Below, piece after piece: positions 54,149 through 63,986 of a stretch of 64,000 bases of DNA. The DNA is from Candidatus Puniceispirillum sp. Lineage in GTDB: Bacteria; Pseudomonadota; Alphaproteobacteria; Caedimonadales; UBA1908. A program made the translations under genes and the position numbers. The stretch lies in assembly GCA_013822015.1 (NCBI GenBank), contig PNJU01000001.1, positions 16,797 through 80,796 on the forward strand, read 5' to 3'. How positions within the stretch are numbered: the first letter of the stretch is position 1; every line of letters begins with the position of its first letter. The notes below the pieces were generated by a model that saw nothing but the letters and a program-made list of their open reading frames with translations, made no database searches and was not told where the DNA came from.

Positions 54149-54901
54149 TTAGTCTTGCCACACCAAAAAGGAAGGATCTATTGATCTTGGCACCGAACTG
54201 TTCTGGGACCCAAAAATTTGGGCAACGGCATTTCTGAGCACGCTGCCCTCTTCCACGGGATGACCGGTCATATCTGATCCCAGATCTGCCGACGCGCTTT
54301 GTACGACTTGCGCCGGATCGGCGGATTGGCCAGCCCCTTCCAAGAGCGGCATTGGGTCACCCCTTAAAGTAGCTGGCACGACTTTGTCAAAGAGCTGCGG
54401 CAGGGCGCTCCTCAAATGGGGGTATGGCAGTGGGCTGCGTGGCGCCAAAGGTCTTGCTCTTTTCTTGGTGCGCTGGGGCACGAAGCTAGACCCCATGGGC
54501 GCCACAGCCATGATCATGTTTGTCACGCTTTCGCATCCTTCTGGCAGGGCCCATGGCCTCACCTGTGGCAAAACGCTAGGTGCCTGGGCGCAACCGCTGT
54601 CAGTGTCAGCGCGCTCTCCGTCACCTTGCATGTGAAAAAATCGCAAGTCCGCCTCGATCAAACTCCCCTCAAACAGATCAGCCATGGGCACGCGCTCATG
54701 AATAGGGGAAACGGCATTCTCCCGCACCACTTGCACGTCAAGGTCAGGGAAATCATCTGGCGTAAGAATATACTGTTCCTGCATGGGAGAAGACGGCGCA
54801 CCGTACACAGCGTTGAGGGAGTGCCACCAAAGGGCGTCCCCGTCACTGGCATATCCGGAAACAGGGGAAAAAAGCAAACATCCGAAAAGAAAAATTCTCA
54901 T
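54149..54901 (-). CDS. hypothetical secreted protein
   Basis: ATG 54901 gives the signal peptide MRIFLFGCLLFSPVSGYA|S. Proline-rich, with no recognisable domain. Confidence 0.5.
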   Translation of the reverse strand: MRIFLFGCLLFSPVSGYASDGDALWWHSLNAVYGAPSSPMQEQYILTPDDFPDLDVQVVRENAVSPIHERVPMADLFEGSLIEADLRFFHMQGDGERADTDSGCAQAPSVLPQVRPWALPEGCESVTNMIMAVAPMGSSFVPQRTKKRARPLAPRSPLPYPHLRSALPQLFDKVVPATLRGDPMPLLEGAGQSADPAQVVQSASADLGSDMTGHPVEEGSVLRNAVAQIFGSQNSSVPRSIDPSFLVWQD

Positions 54902-55059
54902 GCGAAACACCAAAATCACAGCTCAGTCATTGGTATTTTAGTGGTAGTTCCCGCAAGAAATATCAATCTTTTTTGTCAAAATTAATATTCTCAAGCGTGC
55001 AATTGATCGTGATGGTCTCTGTAACAAGCACGATGCGCTGATCACCGTGCCAAACCATG

Positions 55060-55662
55060 CTACAGACGTTCTCTCACGATGGACAAAAGCAGCGTTGTAT
55101 ATGAAAGCGTTAATGACTCTTGCGAGGGCGCGAAAGAAGTGCGGCCCGCAGGCTCTGCCTGACCTTGTACAAACGCCTTGTCTATCCTGTCATTTTGAAA
55201 GATTAGAAGCGTTCGGTGAGCAAACCTAAGAGCATGGTCAGCTGGGTCGCCATAACCAGACCAGTTACTTGCAAAAAGATGGCGTGTTTGTAACTCACAG
55301 AGCATCGCACACACGATATCCGGATCACCGGCTTTGTGGGCGCCTTGGAGACGTGCGCGCAAATTCTCAATCTCCTCGGTGCTCGCCAAAGCGCGAACCT
55401 CGTCATAGGCTTTGTCATTATGACTGACCACTGTGTTCAACAAATCTTGGGCAGAGATCTCCTCCGGACACACGCCCCCCACGTACTTCTCTAGCATGAC
55501 GTAAGCGCTCAGTGCCTCTTCACAGATATAAAAATTGTGATATGTCGACGCGTTTTCGCATGGGTTTTTCGTGCTTGGAAACGGATCCTCTTGTGTTGCT
55601 TTGCAAGGAACATTCAACACAGAAAAAAACACCAAAGACGCAGCCGTAAAACGTTTTAGCAT
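55060..55662 (-). CDS. secreted protein, paralog family Q member 1
   Basis: MLKRFTAASLVFFSVLNVPCKATQEDPFP... The core EEALSAYVMLEKYVGGVCPEEISAQDLLNTVVSHNDKAYDEVRALASTEEIENLRARLQ closely matches the 58767..59372 product. Confidence 0.65.
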   Translation of the reverse strand: MLKRFTAASLVFFSVLNVPCKATQEDPFPSTKNPCENASTYHNFYICEEALSAYVMLEKYVGGVCPEEISAQDLLNTVVSHNDKAYDEVRALASTEEIENLRARLQGAHKAGDPDIVCAMLCELQTRHLFASNWSGYGDPADHALRFAHRTLLIFQNDRIDKAFVQGQAEPAGRTSFAPSQESLTLSYTTLLLSIVRERL

Positions 55663-55710
55663 TTTGATTCCCCCTCTCAATTGCCCCAACGCTGTAAAAC
55701 AGAAGGGCCC

Positions 55711-56226
55711 TTAGTACGGCACCTCAACCACGAGGCGATCAGCCTCTTCGTCAGGCGCAAGAAGCATGCTCAGCTGACTCTTTGTTTCGGCCAAACACAC
55801 AAATGACGTCACCTCATCGAGGTACGGTGATCGGCTTTGCGCCACACATCTGCGCGCAATCTCGGTGAGGAGCCTCACAACCTTGTCCACGGGCTCAGCG
55901 CCACCCACCAAACGTTGTCGCAGGTTATCCACATCTTCCTCGGGCGCCTTTTTACGCATGTCATCATAACTGGCATCTCCCGGCCACAACACAGCGTTCA
56001 TCACATCCTGGGGAGAGAGCCCCATCTTGCGCCACCCGACGTTCCACTTTCTCATGATGGCGTAGGCGCGAAGGGCGCTTTCAACCCTATCGTCTAGTTT
56101 CGGTGAGGCTTCTGCTTGCGCGCGGGGTGGCGCGCCGCAAGGCAAGTCTTCCTCAAACGCTGCGCCACAAGGCTGGATCAAGAATGAAACCAAGAGAAGG
56201 GATGGGACAGAAAGATAGCTATGCAT
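55711..56226 (-). CDS. secreted protein, paralog family Q member 2 (divergent)
   Basis: ATG 56226 gives MHSYLSVPSLLLVSFLIQPCGAAFEED. ALRAYAIMRKW...SPQDVMNAVL...YDDMRKKAPEEDVDNLRQRL aligns with Q1 and Q4. Confidence 0.6.
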   Translation of the reverse strand: MHSYLSVPSLLLVSFLIQPCGAAFEEDLPCGAPPRAQAEASPKLDDRVESALRAYAIMRKWNVGWRKMGLSPQDVMNAVLWPGDASYDDMRKKAPEEDVDNLRQRLVGGAEPVDKVVRLLTEIARRCVAQSRSPYLDEVTSFVCLAETKSQLSMLLAPDEEADRLVVEVPY

Positions 56227-56332
56227 GGGAAAACTCCTTACAAAATCACGTGATCTTTTCACATAATGTCTGAAATGCCAACATATTAAAAAAGCATCAT
56301 GAGCGCACATAGATCCTGGCGCGTGTGAGCAC

Positions 56333-56983
56333 CTAAGACGACGCACCCAAAGCAATGGTGCCCACGATGGTGGCGTGTGACGCGCGAAGAGCTATCAAGA
56401 TATAGGACAAGCCATCTTCTGGAGTCATAGCCTTTTTTGAAGTGTAGGCATCGCGCAGCACGTTGGTCCCCGCGCACAAAACCGCATCCACCAAGGACAA
56501 CGTCACCTCATCATAATTTAAGGAAGTCTTCCTCAGTCGCGCTGGCATATCAAACGCTCTGTCCATACAAGGAGGCGAGACAATGTTTTGAAAAAGCGCA
56601 ATGCGTGTATCTTCATGGGTAACAAGCCGCTCAACCAATTGGCTCAAAATTGTCTGTTCCTTCGGGGATGCGTGACGACGCACTTTTTCTTTTTGCACCA
56701 TTTTATGGGGGTCAAAAGCAAGTTCTCCCGACAGAAAGAAAGTCGAAAGGCTGTCCTGTATATCTTGGGCGTGCAGCTGATTTTCTTGCCAATACCGCTC
56801 GCCCTTCAACACAACCGAAAGGAGCTGTAAAGCGTCATTTGTGCGCACTGGGTGATAATAAGAGGTGCGCGCACCTTGCACAGGCGCGTCGTCGTCCGCA
56901 CATGCGCTGCCATAACACATGTGGAGCCCACTGATGATCATCATGCCAACCATCCAAATATATTTTCTCGCTTTATGTATCAT
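56333..56983 (-). CDS. secreted protein, possibly a distant family Q member 3
   Basis: Signal-like N-terminus. NDALQLLSVVLKGERYW...AQDIQDSL shows weak similarity to the Q core. Confidence 0.45.
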   Translation of the reverse strand: MIHKARKYIWMVGMMIISGLHMCYGSACADDDAPVQGARTSYYHPVRTNDALQLLSVVLKGERYWQENQLHAQDIQDSLSTFFLSGELAFDPHKMVQKEKVRRHASPKEQTILSQLVERLVTHEDTRIALFQNIVSPPCMDRAFDMPARLRKTSLNYDEVTLSLVDAVLCAGTNVLRDAYTSKKAMTPEDGLSYILIALRASHATIVGTIALGASS

Positions 56984-57175
56984 CTGTTTTCCTTATACGT
57001 AAACGGGTTCAGACTTGCCTTAGGGGCACTTTGTATCAAACGACAGCCCTTTCGCCAAGATCAAAGCTTGTGCTAAACGCGAAAGGGCGCCCCTTCAAAC
57101 GCACCTAAAGACATTTCAGTAATTTATGTGCACACAGGACCTGCGTGACGTGAAACATCTGGCGCGGCACTGCGC

Positions 57176-58588
57176 TTAATCCCTGCGCACGCACTTGAAC
57201 GGTGTTTGAGCATACTCAGCCCGTGAAAGGGAGACCCATGTGCCATCGCCCATTTGTGATCCACGTGCGACAGATGCGCGCGTAGAGGTCGTGCTATCCT
57301 CATCAAATTTTTGCAAAGACGCGGCGGCGCTAGAGGCAACCTCTTCGCCATAAAGTTGTCCCACAGCCTTCAGCAGCATCCCTACCTCTCTCGTTGGCGT
57401 TTTCGTTAAACTACCCAACGCCGATGGCATGGTCAGGGAACCGCGCTTACGCGCAGCAGATACGTGAGATGCTGCCATCCACCGATCAACTGTGATGCTG
57501 GGTGCCGCGCTGCGTGAAGGGTGAACAGACTCCCGCAGTCTTTTCTGCCGCGCATTGCCTCCTAAAAAGACGGTTGTCGCACGTACAGGTACCAAAGAAG
57601 GCGTTCCTGGAGAAGGTGCCGTATAGCCAGGAGAAAGCTCCGCAATGATGGGAAGAAAGCTAGACGCATCACCACTTGGTGTGGGTAACGGCAGGGCATG
57701 TATTCTGCTTTCTTGTTCCAGACGCACAGTGAGGGCTGGAAAAATAGAGTTACTCAACTCATTGAGTGTTGTCATGACCACTTCTTGTGGAAAATCAGTC
57801 TGGGAAACCACATCTGCCACAATGGTTTGCCAATCTTCATGAAAGTAGGTTTTTTGATAGCTTTGCCACGCATGTGTCATGACCCTCTCACGCGTTCTGC
57901 CTGTGTTGAGTCCAAGCCTTTTATTCGCCTCATGCAAAGAGCCCATGAAGTGATCAGTGGGTTTATGCCCATTGGAGCGCCCTTTCCATAAATGATACCA
58001 GTTATCACACCAAGCAGCATCAACGTCAAAAGCATCATATATTTTACGCATGACATGCTCTTGTTCATCATGGGAATTCCCCATCAATGCATTTGTAACG
58101 CACAGATAAATGAAACAATTCAACCGCTCGGTACGATCTTGCCCCTCCAAGACAAGCAAGTCACCTGCTTGTGAGGCATTTGCCTGTACCACAAACTGAT
58201 CAAGTTTGCGTTCTGTGTCTATCCACTTCTTTGTTTTTATTAAAACTTGATTTTTGGTCGTAAACGTAAATCCATCGATACCACCGTGTCGCGCCATAAA
58301 ATGGCATACGTTTCTCAAATCTTCATACTCAACATCCTGCGCGCAGTCGGCCTGTGCGGCATCACGTGCACTTGTCACAGGGTGCAAGCCCAGATCTTGC
58401 GCAAAACAACCCATTGGGGTCGTGGAGCGTTCTGGTGTCAAAATGTCTCGGCGCGGTGTCGTTGACGCGAAATCCTGTCGCGTTGGTATTCCATCAAACC
58501 ACAAAGAATCGTCAGATCCATATACAGAAGTCAGGAAAGAGAGAGAACAAGAATATAAATCGAGACACAAAAAACGCACATACATCAT
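57176..58588 (-). CDS. hypothetical secreted protein (~470 aa)
   Basis: ATG 58588 gives MMYVRFLCLDLYSCSLSFLTSVYG|S. No recognisable domain. The long ORF opens at 58711. Confidence 0.5.
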   Translation of the reverse strand: MMYVRFLCLDLYSCSLSFLTSVYGSDDSLWFDGIPTRQDFASTTPRRDILTPERSTTPMGCFAQDLGLHPVTSARDAAQADCAQDVEYEDLRNVCHFMARHGGIDGFTFTTKNQVLIKTKKWIDTERKLDQFVVQANASQAGDLLVLEGQDRTERLNCFIYLCVTNALMGNSHDEQEHVMRKIYDAFDVDAAWCDNWYHLWKGRSNGHKPTDHFMGSLHEANKRLGLNTGRTRERVMTHAWQSYQKTYFHEDWQTIVADVVSQTDFPQEVVMTTLNELSNSIFPALTVRLEQESRIHALPLPTPSGDASSFLPIIAELSPGYTAPSPGTPSLVPVRATTVFLGGNARQKRLRESVHPSRSAAPSITVDRWMAASHVSAARKRGSLTMPSALGSLTKTPTREVGMLLKAVGQLYGEEVASSAAASLQKFDEDSTTSTRASVARGSQMGDGTWVSLSRAEYAQTPFKCVRRD

Positions 58589-58766
58589 ACAATAAATGTA
58601 ATAGATGCCAACTTTTTTAACTATATGGGGAAGACGAAGAAGGAGGGATATCCATTCATAATACATTGACTCAAGATCATCACGCGCAAGGCACGTTACT
58701 AAAAGCATCATAAAACGCGCATGACTTTGTCTCTCCTTCTACTATTTCTTCTCACCCATTATGGTT

Positions 58767-59372
58767 TCATGGGCCACCGTACCCAATCCACAAACGGTGC
58801 TGTGGATCTGGCGCAAAGGCTTGTCTGTCTGCGCGTTTCTTCTCACCTGGAAAAAGACCCTCATCAACGACGTCAGCAAGAAAGAGGGCAAGGGTCCGGT
58901 GGGCAAACCCGAGAGCGTAGGCGGCAGGATCAGCGAATTCAGGGCGAAGTCCAGTCTGCTGTTTTGCAAAAAAGAAGCGTGGGTGGGTCACACTATAGAC
59001 CGCCAGAGCAATATCTGGATCACGGGCTTTATGGGCGCTCTGGAGACGTTCGCGCAAGTCCTCAACCTCTTCGCTGCTGGCCAACGCGCGAACCCTGTCA
59101 TAGTTCCTGTCACCATGGCTTATCACTGTGTCCAGTAGGTCTTGGGACGAGATCTCTTCCGAACATACACCCCTCATGTACTTCTCCAGCATGACATAGG
59201 AACGCAGTGCCTCTTGGGATATATCCAAGTTCACCCTTGGCAGCGCTTGCATCATCCTCACAGGGTTTGGACGCGGCACACCATGGGGAAACGGGTCCTC
59301 TTGGGTTGCCGAACACGGCGCACTCAAGACCACAAGAAAAGTCAAAGACACACAAATAAAACGCTTTAGCAT
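58767..59372 (-). CDS. secreted protein, paralog family Q member 4
   Basis: MLKRFICVSLTFLVVLSAPCSATQEDPFP... Its core and its 5' region (GAATCAAAATGCTAAA) match Q1 at both DNA and protein level. Confidence 0.65.
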   Translation of the reverse strand: MLKRFICVSLTFLVVLSAPCSATQEDPFPHGVPRPNPVRMMQALPRVNLDISQEALRSYVMLEKYMRGVCSEEISSQDLLDTVISHGDRNYDRVRALASSEEVEDLRERLQSAHKARDPDIALAVYSVTHPRFFFAKQQTGLRPEFADPAAYALGFAHRTLALFLADVVDEGLFPGEKKRADRQAFAPDPQHRLWIGYGGP

Positions 59373-59423
59373 TTTGATTCTCCTATAAAATACGAGCCGC
59401 CTGCTGGAAACGCTTTTAAAACG

Positions 59424-59672
59424 CTACTCTTTGATCACCTGAACCAGAATCCTTGTCACGTCGAGTGCTACACACAAGTTTTCAGGCTGTTGCGTCGGCA
59501 AGCACGTCCATGTATCGCCCGTTGCAATCGTACTATTATAGAGCGCTTCTTCATGGTGAAGACGCGCCTCCATATGGCGACGGGCGTCGCTATCCTCGCG
59601 CTCCACAGCGCAACTGGCAAAAACAGAGCCTGTCAGCCCAAGCACAAGACACACCTTCAAAAAATATATCAT
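59424..59672 (-). CDS. small hypothetical secreted protein (82 aa)
   Basis: Signal peptide MIYFLKVCLVLGLTGSVFASCA. Sits between family Q and corC. Confidence 0.4.
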   Translation of the reverse strand: MIYFLKVCLVLGLTGSVFASCAVEREDSDARRHMEARLHHEEALYNSTIATGDTWTCLPTQQPENLCVALDVTRILVQVIKE

Positions 59673-59677
59673 TGTTC

Positions 59678-60508
59678 TTAACCTTTCTTGTCGGACAGCT
59701 GACGAATACGCACCTTAAGGACACGTCGCGGGTTCACCTCCAAGATCTCAAATTCCAAGTTGCTCGGATGTGTCACAACCTCCAATCGGTCTGGGACGCG
59801 CCCCAGGAACGAGACAATAAGGCCGCCTAGAGTTTCCACATCATCGTCTTCTTCAGCCTCAGACAGGGTCAGACCAAAGGCTTGGGTCAGCGCCTCAACG
59901 GGCAAACGGGCGTCCGCTTCGTAAACACCCTGGGATACCTCTACCAACTGAGGTTGCGTGTCCTCCAAAGAAACGTCATCTATGTCGCCCACAATCTTGC
60001 GCACGATGTCGCCGTAGGTGACAAGACCGTCTACCCCGCCCATCTCATCCACCACAATGGCCATGGGGGTCTGGCTGACCCGCATCTGCATAAGAAGATG
60101 CAGGACAGGACGCGCAGGGGAGACAAAAAGGATCTTGCGCGTGATGGATTTCAAGGAAAATTCTTTATCCGTGTCAAGGAATTGACAAATATCCTTGACG
60201 CGTACGAATCCGCGCACATCGTCCAGATCATCGCCGTATACAATAAGGCGCGTGAAAGGTTCCTTGGTCACAAAGGCCCCAAAATCTTGCAGGCTAACGT
60301 CCCGGCCTACGGCCTGGATCTCGGCGCGCGGCACCATGACCTCTTCCGCGGTCACCGTATGCAGCTCTAAAATATTCGATAATAAATAACACTCTTCCCG
60401 GTCCAAAGACGCCGGGTCAGGCTCCGTTTGGTCAAGAAGCTGACGTACGCGTTCGCGCCTCGTCATGGGAGAGGGTCGTTGAAAAAGACGTCGCAGCTGC
60501 GTCATCAT
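59678..60508 (-). CDS. corC: CBS-pair / CorC-HlyC domain protein (CorC/TlyC family)
   Basis: Tandem CBS motifs (VMVPRAEI..., AIVVDEMGGVDGLVTYGDIV) plus a C-terminal transporter-associated domain. Context is ybeY-corC. Confidence 0.88.
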   Translation of the reverse strand: MMTQLRRLFQRPSPMTRRERVRQLLDQTEPDPASLDREECYLLSNILELHTVTAEEVMVPRAEIQAVGRDVSLQDFGAFVTKEPFTRLIVYGDDLDDVRGFVRVKDICQFLDTDKEFSLKSITRKILFVSPARPVLHLLMQMRVSQTPMAIVVDEMGGVDGLVTYGDIVRKIVGDIDDVSLEDTQPQLVEVSQGVYEADARLPVEALTQAFGLTLSEAEEDDDVETLGGLIVSFLGRVPDRLEVVTHPSNLEFEILEVNPRRVLKVRIRQLSDKKG

Positions 60509-61056
60509 GGGTTTACTTGCTCACTTTCATTGTCACAAATATGGTCCAGTATATAAGGGTTTGGAATACGAGCGCTAGCTAAAATCTCCACCTCCAAAGA
60601 TTCCATGGCGTGCGCTTCGTCCTCCGTCTCATGGTCATACCCCAAAAGATGTAAAAGCGCATGGACAAAGAGATGGGAAAGATGCTGGGAGAGGGTTTTT
60701 TCTTCTCTTTCTGCCTCTGCAACAACAGTTTCAAAAGCAAGGGCGGCGTCCCCCAGAAAGAAGGGCACGCCAGGCAGGGAAAGAGCCTGCCAGGCTTCCT
60801 GGGTCACAGGCACTTCCAATACCCCAAAGGAGAGCACGTTTGTGGCTTTATCTTTGCCTCGGTACTGGCTATTCAAAGGTCGGATCCCTGCGTCATTTGT
60901 AAGCAGTACACTCACGTGCCAAGGGGAGGCGACCCAAGGAAGAAGATGCGCCCCGACAGTCTGCGCAAGCTGCGTAAAGAGTGTGTCCAAGTCAAGGTCA
61001 AGACCCTCCCAGGCGGCAGCGTCACAGGTGATTTCGATGATAGGTTGGCTTGTCAC
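60505..61056 (-). CDS. ybeY: rRNA maturation endoribonuclease YbeY
   Basis: Zinc motif HLFVHALLHLLGYDH. Confidence 0.92.
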   Translation of the reverse strand: MTSQPIIEITCDAAAWEGLDLDLDTLFTQLAQTVGAHLLPWVASPWHVSVLLTNDAGIRPLNSQYRGKDKATNVLSFGVLEVPVTQEAWQALSLPGVPFFLGDAALAFETVVAEAEREEKTLSQHLSHLFVHALLHLLGYDHETEDEAHAMESLEVEILASARIPNPYILDHICDNESEQVNP

Positions 61057-62039
61057 GTACGTGTTGTGGCCAGACCCACTTTGCTCTCATAGGCCTCCAC
61101 AATGCGCCCCACAAGGGGGTGGCGTACAACGTCAGCGCGATTCAGGCGACACATGCGCACACCTTCAATGCCCTCCACAACATAAAGGGCCTGACGAAGG
61201 CCCGAGCGCACGCCATTTGGCAAGTCAATCTGGGACAAGTCCCCAGTGATGACCATGCGCGATCCTTCGCCCAGACGCGTGAGGAACATCTTCATTTGCA
61301 TTTCTGTGGTGTTTTGGGCCTCATCCAAAATGATATAGGCTTTGGAAAGCGTACGCCCGCGCATGAACGCCAGTGGCGCCACTTCAATTTCGCCGCGCTC
61401 AATGCGCTTACTGACCTTGTCCCCAGGCATCATGTCAAAAAGGGCGTCATACAAAGGGCGCAAGTACGGGTCAATCTTTTCCTTTAAGTCTCCGGGCAAA
61501 AAACCCAGATGCTCACCCGCCTCCACCACAGGACGCGACAGGATAATGCGGTCCACAACCCCGGCCAAAAGCATGGAAACCCCCATGGCGACGGCGAGGT
61601 AAGTCTTACCCGTGCCTGCGGGCCCCTCCACAAAGACAAGCTCGCTTTGTTTGAGCGCGTCCATATAAGCGCCCTGCCCGGCACTACGCGGCAAAACCAT
61701 ATAGCGGCTTGTGGGAATGGAAAGCTCAAAGGCCTGGGCAGGTAAATCGGGATTCTGGGTGCGCCCCAAATCCATGGAGGCCATACGCATGGCTGCCTCA
61801 ATCTCGGCTTGGGACATGGTGTTGCCTTGAGAAAGACGCGCGTAAAGGCGCCCAATGACCGTCTCGGCGATGGCGACTTTATCCTCGGGACCCGTGAGGC
61901 GCAGGTGAGAGGAGCCCGCAAGCTCGATACTCACATCCAAGGTTTGGGTAATGTGGCGCAGTAAACCTTGAAGCTCAGGGGTCAGTGACACTAACCCAGC
62001 ATCCTCAAAGGACAGCTCCTTCGTTATGATATTGGCCAC
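61053..62039 (-). CDS. phoH: PhoH-like ATPase (YbeZ)
   Basis: Walker A GPAGTGKTYLA and ILDEAQNTT. Confidence 0.92.
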   Translation of the reverse strand: MANIITKELSFEDAGLVSLTPELQGLLRHITQTLDVSIELAGSSHLRLTGPEDKVAIAETVIGRLYARLSQGNTMSQAEIEAAMRMASMDLGRTQNPDLPAQAFELSIPTSRYMVLPRSAGQGAYMDALKQSELVFVEGPAGTGKTYLAVAMGVSMLLAGVVDRIILSRPVVEAGEHLGFLPGDLKEKIDPYLRPLYDALFDMMPGDKVSKRIERGEIEVAPLAFMRGRTLSKAYIILDEAQNTTEMQMKMFLTRLGEGSRMVITGDLSQIDLPNGVRSGLRQALYVVEGIEGVRMCRLNRADVVRHPLVGRIVEAYESKVGLATTRT

Positions 62040-62080
62040 GCCACCCCCTTACTTTTATATCCCCAGACCCTTTGTGGTCT

Positions 62081-63442
62081 TTAGGCGTCAATGATATCCA
62101 ACTGCCCAGAAAGGCTACTGAGTGTTGATCCTGTTATTGTGACAGGAAGAATCTCCCCCATCAAGCGTTTAGGCGCCTTCACATGCACAGACTGCAAATA
62201 GGGCGAGCGCCCCATGAGCTGATCCTCGAAGCGACCATCGCGCTCAAAAAGAACGTCAATGGTGCGGCCAATCATGCTTGCATTGAAGGCTTTTTGATAC
62301 TCTTGAAGAAGAGCCTGGAGTCTTGAGAGGCGTTCTTTCTTCACCTCCTCCGCCACCTGATTGTCTAGGGCGGCGGCTGGTGTGCCGGGGCGCTTGCTGT
62401 AGGCAAAGGAGTAAGCGGCCGCGTAACCAACCTCCCTGACAATGCGCAGGGTATCTTCAAAGTCTTCTTCGGTTTCACCGGGATAGCCCACAATAAAGTC
62501 AGACGTAAACGCGATATCGGGGCGTGCGTTCCTGAACTGATCCAAAATACGCAGGTAAGTATCGCGCGTATGTTGGCGGTTCATGGCTTTGAGGATCTTG
62601 TCGGATCCGGCTTGAACAGGCAAATGCAAGTAAGGCATGAGAATACCCACGTCGCGGTGCGCCGCAACAAGGGTTTCATCCACGTCCCTGGGGTGGGAGG
62701 TCATATAGCGTAGGCGGTGCAGACCTGGCAAACGCTGGGCCATCTCCATGATGAGGCGACCTAAGCTCCACGTGCCGCCCCCCGGTCCGTCCCCGTGGTA
62801 GGCGTTGACATTTTGGCCCAAAAGAGTGATCTCTTTCACACCTTGATCCACAAGGGCACGCGCTTCTTTCAAAACGTCTGCGGCTGGGCGTGAAAACTCA
62901 GCGCCGCGCGTGTAAGGCACAACGCAGAAGTGACAAAACTTATCGCACCCTTCCTGGATAGCCAAAAAGGCGGCTGGCCCCTGGGCCCTTGCGTCGGGCA
63001 GACTATCGAACTTGGACTCGGCCGGGAAATCCACCTCCAAGATACCGCGCCCACGGCCCTCATCCTTGTCCGCAGAGCGCATGGCGCGGGCGATAATTTC
63101 AGGCAGCTTATGGTAAGACTGTGGCCCAAAAACCGCGTCCACCAAGGGCATGCGCTTCATGATTTGGGCGCCTTCCGCCTGAGCCGTGCATCCGGCCACC
63201 GCAATGATTTGGCTCTTGCCTTCTTCAAGTCTCGCCTCCTTATGGGGCTTAAGGCGCCCAAGGTCTGAGTACATCTTCTCAGAAGCCTTCTCCCGAATGT
63301 GACAGGTATTAAGAATCACAAGGTCCGCATCTTCGGGCGTGCCTGTTTCTTCAAAACCGAGGGGGGACAAAAGGTCTGCCATGCGTTGTGAGTCATACAC
63401 ATTCATTTGGCAACCGTAGGTTTTAATATGCACCTTTTTCAT
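62081..63442 (-). CDS. miaB: tRNA-i6A37 methylthiotransferase MiaB
   Basis: KTYGCQMN N-terminal cluster, radical-SAM [12 protein letters not shown]-terminal TRAM domain. Confidence 0.94.
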   Translation of the reverse strand: MKKVHIKTYGCQMNVYDSQRMADLLSPLGFEETGTPEDADLVILNTCHIREKASEKMYSDLGRLKPHKEARLEEGKSQIIAVAGCTAQAEGAQIMKRMPLVDAVFGPQSYHKLPEIIARAMRSADKDEGRGRGILEVDFPAESKFDSLPDARAQGPAAFLAIQEGCDKFCHFCVVPYTRGAEFSRPAADVLKEARALVDQGVKEITLLGQNVNAYHGDGPGGGTWSLGRLIMEMAQRLPGLHRLRYMTSHPRDVDETLVAAHRDVGILMPYLHLPVQAGSDKILKAMNRQHTRDTYLRILDQFRNARPDIAFTSDFIVGYPGETEEDFEDTLRIVREVGYAAAYSFAYSKRPGTPAAALDNQVAEEVKKERLSRLQALLQEYQKAFNASMIGRTIDVLFERDGRFEDQLMGRSPYLQSVHVKAPKRLMGEILPVTITGSTLSSLSGQLDIIDA

Positions 63443-63478
63443 CAGAAAGCTTTATTCCAGGATTAGCGTTTTACTTAA

Positions 63479-63520
63479 ACAAAAAAAGGCGCGCAGGTCA
63501 TTGTCAACCCACGCGCCCTT
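63479..63520 (-). terminator. rho-independent terminator after the MucR-like gene
   Basis: On the minus strand, a GGGCGCG...CGCGCC hairpin followed by TTTTTTTG. Confidence 0.55.
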
Positions 63521-63542
63521 TTATCGCATCTTATAAAGAAGC

Positions 63543-63986
63543 TTAGGCTGCTTTTTGCTCAAGCTTCTTGCGACGGCGGCCCAGACCAATCTTCATGGCC
63601 AGGTCGCTGCGTTGACGTGCGTAGTTTGGCGCAACCATTGGATAGTCTGCGGACAGACCCCAACGCTCACGGTATTGCTCAGGTGTCATGTTGTAAGCTG
63701 TCTTCAAATGACGCTTCAACATCTTCAGTTGCTTGCCGTCTTCTAAGCACACGATGTAATCGTCATGTACTGAATCTTCGATGGAAATGACTGGATCTGG
63801 GCGACCAAGTACGGAACCACCGCGGCTATTGAACTCACACAGGGTTGCGTACACGCTGCGCATCACATCTTGGATTTGTGCAATTTCTGTTTTATTGCCA
63901 GAAACATAAGCTGCCGTAATATCGGCGGCCATGCTCAAAATCTCTGCAGGCGTGAGCGCGTGCAAGTCTGCGTCCTGAAAACTCAT
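63543..63986 (-). CDS. Ros/MucR family transcriptional regulator
   Basis: YIVCLEDGKQLKMLKRHLKTAYNMTPEQYRERWGL..DYPMVAPNYA..RS.LA. The full family signature is present, with Asp in place of the second zinc Cys. Confidence 0.9.
   Translation of the reverse strand: MSFQDADLHALTPAEILSMAADITAAYVSGNKTEIAQIQDVMRSVYATLCEFNSRGGSVLGRPDPVISIEDSVHDDYIVCLEDGKQLKMLKRHLKTAYNMTPEQYRERWGLSADYPMVAPNYARQRSDLAMKIGLGRRRKKLEQKAA

Noticed and set aside
58721-59372. Plus-strand ORFs 58721..59194, 58761..59138 and 59142..59369
   Set aside because: Antisense to family Q member 4. That gene's reading frame is supported by paralogy with 55060..55662.
60605-61487. Plus-strand ORFs 60605..61249, 60661..61092 and 61050..61487
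   Set aside because: Antisense to ybeY and phoH, both of which carry diagnostic motifs.
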